Shown here in pieces: positions 24,406 through 35,227 of a DNA stretch of 64,000 nucleotides (positions are counted from its first letter, which is position 1; every line of letters starts with the position of its first letter). Source of the stretch: Mustelus asterias (taxonomy: Eukaryota). The stretch is from contig NC_135811.1 of assembly GCF_964213995.1 (NCBI RefSeq), positions 44,144,001-44,208,000 on the forward strand. The letters are read 5' to 3'. The notes under the pieces were generated by a model, which had not been told where the DNA came from, did no database searches, and was given only the letters and a program-made list of their open reading frames with translations. The position numbers were made by a program, and so were the translations under genes.

Positions 24406-26959
24406 GTCCTCACATCCTACATTCCCATGTGTGTGAAAGTGGGGTGAATCAGGGGTTTTCAACATGTCCCTGTACATCACAATACTCAAAGTCTACTTTA
24501 ACTCCAGCTGCACATTTACAGATAACAACCGCCAGGAAGGAGTGGAAAATATTCTATGATTCTAAGAAAAAAAATCTTTTCTTATTTCTTTTGCATCGGA
24601 AGCCTTTATCCAAAATAGACAGTGTTCCTCGAGATGGGTTGTTTTCCATGTTTCACTGAGGTTTGTGCCTTGTTCAGCAGTGAATATTTATGAGGTGATT
24701 TGAGACTGACCGCACACAACCCAAATCAGCCAATGATTAATGGTACAGAGAGAACGTGGTAGATAAGGAGGTGCTTCCATCACTCTTGCTGGTTGTGAAT
24801 GGGGAATGGTGTCTCCATTTGATTTGGTCAGCACTGTGGGGCACTAAACCTGTTTGGTAGCCTCTGGCTTATTGATGTGTCCACTGATTGATTGCCTAGG
24901 CAACCCGCCTCCATAATGTCTGCACCACCTTCTCATGGCCCTCCTATTCACAGTCCCCAAGGAGTCCGTTCGCTGTATCCCTCTATTCCAGAGGTTAAAC
25001 ATTCATGGATGCCAAAGAATCCCTGGGAGCATTTCGGCTGCTGAATGCTCCCCCCCGCCCCCCCACGAGACTACTGCTACTTCACGCGCACTGGCTGATT
25101 TTGCTCTCTTCTGTACCGTCCCTGAATCCCCACAAGCACATGCTCCCTTATTCAGCTGCAGCATCCTTAATTAGATAATTTTCTTCACTCCCAGTGGTGA
25201 TAATGTAATGAGCAATAGTTTTACCCTTGTAAACCCTCCATGAATACTTAATAAGAGGCACACCAAGAAAAAAAAGCAGATCAGGAACTGGGGACCCAAA
25301 GGCACAAAGTGACGTGAATCACAACCTGCTCCCATTTTTAATAAGCTGTGAGATTGCTGATGAGACCAAAAGGGTTGATAGCCATAACAACTCTTCCTTT
25401 TTATTACATTCTATTTCCAGATTATAAAAATGTGGAAAGCGCATTGTAAATAATATTTTTTTAAATTGCACTGTTTCGCACTCTGCTTCTCTGAAGCAGG
25501 ATAAAGTGGATCTGTTTCCGCCTAACGGAACGAGTTGTCCTTCGAGTGCCTGAAGGCCAAATGGTGGTGCCTGGTGGTGCGCCACACCCTGTGGCAGATC
25601 AGGGGGGCCAGTGCTGCAGGCAAACCTAGAGTGCCTCCCGGCCTGCCTGGGTGCAGCAGCAGTCACAGCCCGCACTGTAAGGTGTCCTCACACCAGCCCC
25701 AACACCGGTGGCCTAAAGCCATTTTTTAATTAATCTTGAAAACACATTTGACAGAGGGGAAGTTTGAAGCACCCTCATCATCACTTACCCTCCATCTTGC
25801 CCCTTTCAAGCTGGAAGATCTCTGATTGGCTCCCTCGGTGCGGGAACATGCCCACCATCTATAATTGGACAGCAAGTCTAATTCTGGCCACAATTGGCCG
25901 CTCCATGGGAAATCACAATGAGTGACTCTTTCCCATACATTGCAGATCACTACTTGAGCCCGACAAGGGAGTTCAGGAAAACCACAGGAAAGGTTTAGCC
26001 TATCTTTTCCATTGTTAATAAACCAAAAGAAGCACACCGACCTGAGACTGGACACTATCTCCTTGACATCATGGGGAAACAATGGCCATGGATGAGCCTC
26101 TGGTGCCAAGCAGCATTTTCCATGGTACACCCAGATACCGTTCAGAAATGTTTTAAGAGGGGCTATAGGAACTTGTTATTTTAATGACATTGAAACCTTC
26201 TCTAGTGGAGCCCCGCTTGGGCTCCTGTGTTATATATTAAGTGGTTAGATGGTCGCTTTAAGAGGCGGGCACATGATTTGATGGTGATGTCACTGGGGTG
26301 TTTAGTTTCATTTTATACTCTGTGCAGGCAACCACTCCTACATTAAACCTGTTGGTGTGAGTGTGAATCTATATGTGCAAACCATGAATGGGATGTTTCT
26401 CCCTCTCCGCGGTAGAGGTGCACCAATCATTGGCGGGGGATCTTCTGGAACCGTTGTCGGTACCTTCCACTGCCAGGAAACCTATGGCGTGGGTGCACCT
26501 TTCCCCACCCCCCTGCCCCCCACCTTGCTGGCGACTCACCCCCTGCAATCCCCATTTCACCCGCGTTGATGGGGCTGTAATATCCTACTAGCGTAAAGGG
26601 CGTAATTTTACTGGCCTGTCCACCCAAGTTTCGTACGATCCCACCCAAGGCCAATGGAGAATGCCGTTCTCCGAGCCTCGCCTGCCCCCGGAATTGGGGC
26701 GGGCGTGCCGGTAAAATTCCAGCCTATATCCTGGAGTAGAATAATGTCGGAAAATAAAAAATTATACATATTAATGATGTTTAAGGAAATGTGGAGGGCA
26801 ATGTTGCAGAAGGTTTTTAAAGACACTCTCTGGGTTACACATGATCCTGTAAATGGGATCATGCTAATGTATCCTGTTCAAGTGCCTGGACTGCCTGTTA
26901 TATTTGCAGCTGCATTCTCTCAGTTAGTGTCTGTGTCATACTCTGGCCTTGCGTTCAGG

Positions 26960-27882
26960 ATGTGGAGATGCCGGCGTTGGACTGGGGTAAACACAGTAAG
27001 AAGTCTAACAACACCAGGTTAAAGTCCAACAGGTTTATTTGGTAGCAAACGCCACTAGCTTTTGGAGCGCTGCTCCTTCGTCAGGTGAGTGGGAGATCTG
27101 TTCACAAACGGCAAACAGGGCACAAAGACACAAACTCAATTTACAGAATAATGATTGGAATGCGAGTCTTTACAGCTAATCAAGTCTTAAAGGTACAGAC
27201 AATGTGAGTGGAGAGAGCATTAAGCACAGGTTAAAGAGCTGTGTATTGTCTCCAGACAGGACAGCTAGTGAGATTTTGCAAGTCCAGGCAAGTCGTGGGG
27301 GTTACAGATAGTGTGAGATGAACCCAAGATCCCAGTTGAGGCCGTCCTCATGTGTGCGGAACTTGGCTATCAGTCTCTGCTCAGCGACTCTGCGCTGTCG
27401 TGTGTCGTGAAGGCTGCCTTGGAGAACGCTTACCCGAAGATCAGAGGCCGAATGCCCGTGACCGCTGAAGTGTTCCCCAACAGGAAGAGAACAGTCTTGT
27501 CAAGCGGTGTTCATTCATCCGTTGTCGTAGCGTCTGCATGGTTTCCCCAATGTACCATGCCTCGGGACATCCTTTCCGACAGCGTATCAGGTAGACAACG
27601 TTGGCCGAGTTGCAAGAGTATGTACCGTGTACCTGGTGGATGGTGTTCTCACCTGTGCTTAATGCTCTCTCCACTCACATTGTCTGTACCTTTAAGACTT
27701 GATTAGCTGTAAAGACTCGCATTCCAATCATTATTCTGTAAATTGAGTGTGTGTCTTTATATGCCCTGTTTGCGAACAGATCTCCCACTCACCTGACGAA
27801 GGAGCAGCGCTCTGAAAGCTCGTGACGTTTGCTACCAAATAAACCTGTTGGACTTTAACCTGGTGTTGTGAGACTTCTTACT
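26960..27882 (-). mobile_element. Penelope-like retroelement, 5'-truncated, with inverted terminal duplication; GIY-YIG endonuclease fragment
   Basis: ORF 27441-27674: SCNSANVVYLIRCRKGCPEAWYIGETMQTLRQRMNEHR; ~26995-27230 is inverted at ~27655-27882. Confidence 0.85.
27789..27825 (+). ncRNA. Minimal type I hammerhead ribozyme motif
   Basis: TCAC-CTGACGA-a-GGAGC-agc-GCTCT-GAAA-G-CTC-GTGA. Confidence 0.7.
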
Positions 27883-28487
27883 TGGTTTCAGGAACAGAAT
27901 TTTGTCTATTCAATGGGAAACCGCCCCCCGCCCCCCCACCCCGCCATCCTTGCTGGGTTGGAGGACTGGTGGTAGCTCCATGTTGCTTCTCTCTGGGATG
28001 CTGGATGCTTTTTAAGTGGAGTCAGTCACTTACCTGGCCAGGGAATCAAATCTCCTGTACGATCATGAACACAGTCGAGCAAAAATTCCACCCCAAAAGC
28101 TGCCAGCCAATCAGAGGTTGGCACCTCTTCATTGCCAGAAGCAGTCGGTGTCGGTAACAGTCATGGCTGGATCCCTGGAGACAGGTAAGTGGGCGAAATG
28201 GGGGTTGCAGGGAGTGGGTCATCAGAAAGGTGGGGGGAAGGGGGGATGGGGAAAGGTGCTCAAATGCAAGGGCATGGGCACAGCTATCAGCAGCCCAACT
28301 CACACACCCCACCCCTCTCCAACCCTCATCTTCCAGATGCTGGCTCCCTTGATTGGACAATAAGTGCCTGTCAATGAGGGACCACCTCGCCATGAGGTAC
28401 GACAGGGGTTTGATGGATAGCTCTCAGGAGCGACAGGAAACCCATGCAAGTTCTATTTTCTTTCCTTTTCGTACCCTTGCAACTTCT

Positions 28488-28802
28488 CGGGCAGTACGGT
28501 GGCACAGTGGTTAGCACTGCTGCATCACAGGGCCAGGGACCCGGGTTCAATTCTGGCCCTCGGTCACTATGTGGAGTTTGCACATTCTCCCCATGTCTAC
28601 ATGGGTTTTCTCCCACACTCCAAAGATGTGCAGGTTAGGTGGATTGACCATGGTAAATTGCCTCTTAGTGTCAGGGGGATTAGCAGGGTAAATACACGGG
28701 GTTACGGGATAGGGCCTGGGTGAGATTGTTGTCAGTGCAGGCTCGATGGGCCAAATGACCCCCTTCTGCACATTTGGGATTCTATCATTCTATGATTCTA
28801 TT
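28488..28802 (+). mobile_element. HE1 SINE, near full length
   Basis: A/B boxes, core, (ATTCTATG)n tail. Confidence 0.85.
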
Positions 28803-31800
28803 AAGCCACTATTAAATCCCAATGGGCTCAAGTATAATTGGGTTTAAGTGGCTCATTAGTGAGTTTAATTGATATCCTGCTGCCAGCAGCTGGAATTCCC
28901 ACATAAAGTCCTTCCCACCACCCCCCAGACATCGTTAACTAGGATTGACCAGGTTACTTTGAGGCCCACCATTGATGCTGTGCTGCATAAAACTGTTTAC
29001 AGGAAAACTGCGTACACCGGCATTTTGAAATCAGCAACTGTAAATGATTATTGTGAAAAAGAGGAAAATCTAACCATAAATTTTTAAAGGGCATTGTTAT
29101 CCACTTGAGCAAGATTTTTACAATAGGTTCAATTCGTTGAACAGCTAGAGCCAAATGTTTTGCAGTGACAGGATATTATATCTGAGAAGAGTCATGCCTT
29201 TTTCAAACCAGTTCAAAATCTATGGGTTACAATTCTGTTGGACCAACCGGCCTACCAGTCAAGTAACATTCAGGCAATTAGGTGGCCACCATTGGGCCTT
29301 CCCCATGGTTGAGGTTCCCATTTGAATCCTGCCTGCCATGAATTGCCAGACAGAAGCCGGCAGTTGCCCATTGTCGCCAGTGCAACCAGCAGCTGTAGCA
29401 GCTGTCAGCAATGCGCCCACCAGAGGCCCAGGATAATCCCGGGATCGCAGGCCTAAGTGAATGAAGGCAATATGGGGATTGCAGGGTGGGGTCATGGGCG
29501 AGGGGCAGGGAGATGAGGGTCAAGGGTAGAGGCATGGCTTTCAATGAGTGTCCCCCTTTTTCTTTATTCATCCATGGGACATGGGCGTCGCTGGCTGGCC
29601 AGCATTTATTGCCCATCCCTAGTTGCCCGAGGGCAGATCAGAGTCAACCACGTTGTGGCTCTGAAGTCACATGTAGGCCTGACCAGGTAAGGAAATTAGT
29701 GAACCAGATAAGTTTTTCCAACAATCAACAATGGTTTCATGGTCATCAGTAGATTCTTAATTCCAAATAGTTTATATTGAATTCAAATTCCATCATCTGC
29801 CGTGGTGGGATTCGAAGCCGGGTCCCCAGAACATTAGCTGAGTTTCTGGATTAACAGTCTAGCGATAATACCACTAGGCCATCACTCCCCCTTCCCAAGG
29901 CCGGGTCCCTCAACCGGGCACAGAGCGCCCTGCCACAAGGGAGAGGACAGGAAACCAGAGGCAAACCTGACAGCATTTGCTGGAAGACTTTCTGGAAAAG
30001 CAGGAAAGCCATGCAGTGCCTATTTAATCCCTGAGGCATGATTGAATTGCAGAGCTGAGGGCTAATGGGCTCACACTGGCTCATTAACGAGCTTAATTAT
30101 CATCCTCCTGCCCGTTAGGAATTGCACTTCAGCCCCTTCAACCTTAATCAGGGTGAGGTTTTGCCCCTGCCAGGCGACTTACGCAGGACCTTTCCCACAA
30201 TGGAGTGGGCCTGGCCCCTATGTTTCCCATCGAGAATGGCTGCATATATCAGCCCATTTATTTGAATGTTAATTGCTGTGTTTTAAGAAACATATGTAAT
30301 CAGTGGCAGGAATAGTGACGTGAATGCATAGCAGTAAAGTCATTACATAGCGTTTTCAACATAGTAATGTATCCTGTAAGCTATTTTACCAAAATAGCAC
30401 AAATTGTGATATTACAATAAAATTATTATGTTGTGAACAAAGTTTATGAAGACATTACTCTCTGTTCCACTCTTCTTCAACTTTAAGTAAGTCCAACCCG
30501 CAATGGTAACACTCCAGGGGTGGCCTGAACAAGCAGAGAGTTTGTCTTCTGCCCCTCACTGAGAGGACGTGCTAGCCACAAGAGCTGTCAGCCAATCAGA
30601 TTGGCCAGCAGTTCTAGCAGTGCCAGCAGCGCCACAACTCAGTAGTGGATGTTGCTGGGACTGCAAAGAGGCCCACAGCGGTCGAAGGTGGACGCAGATC
30701 CAGGTTAATCCTGGTCTTTTAGAGCAGGGAGGAATCGGGCATCCTAGAGAGGGGGCAAAGGTGATGGGGACATGGGCATTGGTGGCCAGGCAGGGAGGTA
30801 CAAAATGGGGGTGGGGGAGGGGAGGTACGGTCTTCAAGGGGCTGCCCCTGATGCACACAGGGAACCTTCCAAAGTATGTACATCCCCTTCCTTGCTGCCT
30901 TTTCACTAACTTCAGTGACATAAACAACCTTTTCAGTTGTGCTTGCCTGCTGTTACCCAGTGGTATTATGGCAGTAGAAAAGTATTGAGGCCTTTAAGTG
31001 GGCAATAATTGGTGACTCAAAAGTTCACTAGGCCTAAGGGCCAGTGGGCACCTTACCCACCCTTGTATTATGGGGAATGGGTGGGAAGTTGGTAGGAAGG
31101 TGAGCTGGCCACCCAACACATTTTATGTGACCACCATCGCCCCTCTCCCCCTCCCTCCAATCCTGCCCTTGCTAGATGCCCAGCTGGGACTGTAAAGTCC
31201 AGTACATTGTCAGTTCGGAGAGTGAAGGAAGTGGAGGCCTGTAAGTCATGAAAGTAAAGATAAAGTTTGTATTTAAACCAAAGCCTTTCACTCTGCCATA
31301 TTGCTTTTGTAACCTTAAACGTGTTACCGACACAAAAGTGACATTCTCTGAATATTCTTGTGCACATATACATGACACAAGTCAGTTCTCCTCTCACAAG
31401 AGAATGGTGTAAAATAAGCTATTTAACTCCATGTTGCTAGTTAATAATTCCCTTCAGTCAGGCACCAGTCCTGACAAGGTGTCTGGTATATTTGTCCAAT
31501 ATTTCAGCCGCCTCAAAGGTCGGTCATTTCACTGTAAGCCTTATGAGTTTTACAAATATGGATGAAATCACTGTATTACGTATGATTAATAGTGAAACAT
31601 TCAATAAAATACATGAAATAATTATGTCTTTGTCAGTTTACATAATGCCACCGCTGAACGCCACATCAAAATGGTAGTGGTTGACATAAATCTTTTAAAT
31701 AATTTACAATGTTATAAACCAGCAATATAAGATTCAATATTGAGTCTCTCAGAGTCTTATGTGCTGCATTATTCACATGGCAGGATTCGGCTTATCTGAT

Positions 31801-33171
31801 TTTGCAGATCAACAACCCTGACAAACTTTACTCATTAAAAAATAGTTGAGTCCAAAAGACATATCAAAATATAAGCTAAGCTCCATGTAATGTGCTCATG
31901 ATTACATGGGTAAACAGAATTATTTATTGCATGAAATTTTAAAAACTTGAATATTGATATATTTTAATTGGTGTCAGGGGCACACTATGAAACTGCAAAT
32001 ACAATTTCCTCCTACACAGTGTCAACAATCCAGCTATATATTGTAAATTACACAAGAGCAATTGATTTCTGATGCATCCTTGTAAATAATCTAGTTTTGT
32101 TTTGTAGGGTTAGTAACTTTTGAAACAGAAATATTTACTATATATAAAAACTAGTGTAGCTACATAATTGAAGCTCTGTGGCCAGTGTGCCTTTGAAAAG
32201 CATCACGCCTCATAAATGTCACACTTCAAAGTGTGTTACCTCTGCAAGGTGAAATTTAAAGATTGGCTGAAAAAAATTGTATCTAGTCCTGAAGCTGACA
32301 ATCAGATATCCATCCAAAACAGCATGAACAGATCCAAAATTCAAAGAACCAAACGGCAACCTAGCAAAAACTGAGCAATCATAACCCTAACTTTTTTTCA
32401 AAGTGACTATTATACTGCAGTGTCTCACAGCAGCAGTGATGGGGAGTTTGAGACTTGTATGTTGACAAAGGGTCATCCTGACTCAAAGCTATTTACAGAC
32501 CCCAGGTTACTGCCTTGCATGCAGGCTTCCTGCTTATAGAGAGTTCTCTTAGAATCTATTGCCATGTGACTCTATACATCATACCATGTCCGATGTTAAC
32601 TGTGCTCTGCCAAGTACAAATGTACATTACATTACAATGGCATGAACACAGGATCATAGCATCCCCCTTTTCTTATCTATATAAAACATTCCTCCCCTCC
32701 ACTGGAGTATTACAATCTTTACTTGCGATCCCTTTTCCCATCATCTCAGGCTCCTGGCTTTATGAATTCAAATAGTCTTGAGTCCTGACAGTTCTTCCAC
32801 ACTTTGCTCTGTCACATGTGGAGGAACGGTAACTCTGTGTTTCTGGTTTATCTCCATTGGATTTGTTTTCTGCTCTCCTTCAAGTTGCGTTCTCTTTGTT
32901 AACAATCCGTCTGGTTTTTTTCAGGCACTGTGGGTTTCCCATGTTCCTTCTGAGGGGATTGTGCTCTCCGTTCCTTCCTAGGGTCGATTTGAATTTTCCT
33001 TTTCCAAAGATGTCCGCCATGTTCCTGCTGGACGTATATGTTTCCCAAGTAGAACTTTCATTTCCACCTGTTCATCTCAGCCAAACATTTGTTTGCTGTT
33101 TTCTTTTTCCAAGTCATTTTGCAAGCTTATCAATCTTTGCATTCAGCTCAATGGTTCTCAGGTCTCAGTAG

Positions 33172-33915
33172 GAAGTCCTCAGCACCGACCAATCTGGTTT
33201 CCACAAGGACCGCCGTATTGGGGAACAGGTACTGACCCTTACCATTAACATTGAAAACGGCTTTCAGGGAACGCTGAAGACAGGTGCTGTGTTCCCCGAC
33301 CTCACAGCCACCTACGACACCATTTGGCACATTGGCCTCCTCCTAAAACTGTCATGGACCCTCTCCCTCCGGCAACTAAAAACATTGGAACGCTTCTGAA
33401 GAGCCAACGGTTTTGAGTTCACCTTGAACAGGCAAAAAAAATATGGAAAGTACAAACCAATATACTCCCCAAAGATTCAGTACTGGTTATAACCCTGTTC
33501 TACTTGTACACAAATTATTTTCCAAAAACTACCTCCTGAAATTTCATATATACCAATGAAAACTGCCTCCCAACTCCAGCCCCTGACTTTGAGCCTTGGA
33601 GCACACCCTAAACAAGGACTTCTCAAAACTTGAACAATACTGCAACACATGCAACTTAGCCAAGCCCTGCAAAAGCAATATCCATCTTACTCCATCTTTA
33701 TTATGCAAAAGACAATAAAGATCCCAACATCCAGATGAATGGCTAGCAGTTAAAGCACCACCAGCTCCAACATATCTCGATCCTAGATAGGAAACATTTG
33801 TTCATTGTTTGAAATGGCGAAGTTCTGGGAACATTTAAAAACAACTGCAGCTAAGGTCAAATCTCGAAGCAACTTAATTGCCAAACTAGCCAGCTCAATA
33901 TGGGGTGCTGCAAGC
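33172..33915 (+). mobile_element. Decayed LINE RT fragment, probably I-group (Vingi/Ingi-like)
   Basis: IENGFQ..LKTGAVF.DLTATYDTIWHIGLLLKL; LPQ.SVL; SRSNLIAKLASSIWGAA. Confidence 0.55.
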
Positions 33916-33916
33916 A

Positions 33917-34232
33917 CATAAGAACTAGGAGCAGGAGTAGGCCATCTGGCCCCACGAATCTGCTCCACCATTCAATAAAATCATGACTTACCTTTGCGTG
34001 GACTCGGCTCCACTTACCCGCCCACTCACCATAACCCTTAATTCCTTTACTGTTCAAAAATCTATCTATCCTTGCCTTAAAAACATTCAATGAGGTAGCC
34101 TCAACTGCTTCACTGGACAGGGAATTCCACAGATTCACAACCCTTTGTGTGAAGAAGCTCCTCCTCAACTCAGTCCTAAATCTGCTCCCCCTTATTATGA
34201 GGCCATGCCCCCTAGTTCTAGTTTCACCCGCC
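33917..34232 (-). mobile_element. CR1 3' fragment
   Basis: ORF 33857-34234 TRGHGLIIRG..RRSFFTQRVVNLWNSL; CR1 tail. Confidence 0.85.
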
Positions 34233-34357
34233 AAACCTCAGCACTTGCACTCCATTATGGACCTACCATATATTAAGTTGATCTTTCTCTACACCCTAGC
34301 TATGACAGTATCACTATATTTTGCACTCTCTCCTTTCCTTCTCCCCTATATACTCTA

Positions 34358-34673
34358 TGTGGTGAACCATCGTTGGTTACCACTGTGGGGTTATTCCAAT
34401 GTTACTGTTGGGTTAGGGTGTTGCCACTGTGGGGGTTGTTATAATGTTGTTGGGTTAGGGTGTTTACACTTTGGGATTAATATACCTGTGGTGGATGTTG
34501 TTATGGCACATCCCGGTCGGGCCCCGCCTCCTGGGGAGAGGTATAAGACCCTCTGCTCAGGCGGGACCCCTCCAGTCTGGATTGGTGTACTCGTGTTAGA
34601 TAGTTCCATTGTTTGTCAATAAAAGCCTTCAATCGCTGAAGCCTTGTACCTCGTGCTTGATTGTCGCGCATCA
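34358..34673 (+). repeat. 5' LTR (316 bp); TATAAG at 34542, AATAAA at 34618-34623
   Basis: Differs from the 3' LTR at 3 positions by my manual comparison. Confidence 0.95.
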
Positions 34674-34674
34674 A

Positions 34675-34689
34675 TTTTATTGACAAACA
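34675..34689 (+). promoter_or_regulatory. PBS-position sequence complementary to the element's own LTR (candidate self-priming site)
   Basis: TTTTATTGACAAACA is the exact reverse complement of TGTTTGTCAATAAAA (34610-34624); no TGG-type tRNA PBS. Confidence 0.7.
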
Positions 34690-34714
34690 CAAAACTCTCG
34701 ACAGTAAAGAGAGT

Positions 34715-35227
34715 ATGGAGCAAATGCTGAAACCAGAGCACCTGACGCTGGACCCACGTGCGGTCGGTGCCTCTAACACCTTCGACCACTGGCTGAAGTG
34801 TTTCGAGGACTACCTGGCGGCCTCTGCAGCAGTTACTACGGACGACGACAAACTCCAGGTCCTCCACGCGAGGGTAAGCGACACGGTCTATCTTGCGATT
34901 CGTGCGGCCACCACTTACCCGAGGGCCATCGAGCTCTTGAAGAAACGATACACGAGACCACCCAACGAGATTCACGCTTGTTACCTCCTCGCTACACGAC
35001 GTCGGCAGTCGGGCGAAACCATGGAGGACTACGCCAATGAGCTCTTGCAGCTTGCCAGGGGCTGCGACTGCAAAGCTGTGTCGGCTGAGCAGTATATGTA
35101 CGACCTCGCCCGAGATGCGTTTGTAGCAGGGGTAGGGTCCTCGTACATCCGGCTTAAGCTATTGGAGAAAGGGAACCTCAACTTGACCCAAGCGATGGAG
35201 ATGGCTGAGATGCTGGAGGCAGCGTGA
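34715..35227 (+). CDS. gag: Gypsy Gag, N-terminal (capsid-like) part; ends at a frameshift
   Basis: ATG at 34715, MEQMLKPEHLTLDP...RRQSGETMEDY..L..LARGC..RDAFVAG; TGA at 35225-35227 overlaps the GTG of the next frame. Confidence 0.85.
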   Translation: MEQMLKPEHLTLDPRAVGASNTFDHWLKCFEDYLAASAAVTTDDDKLQVLHARVSDTVYLAIRAATTYPRAIELLKKRYTRPPNEIHACYLLATRRRQSGETMEDYANELLQLARGCDCKAVSAEQYMYDLARDAFVAGVGSSYIRLKLLEKGNLNLTQAMEMAEMLEAA

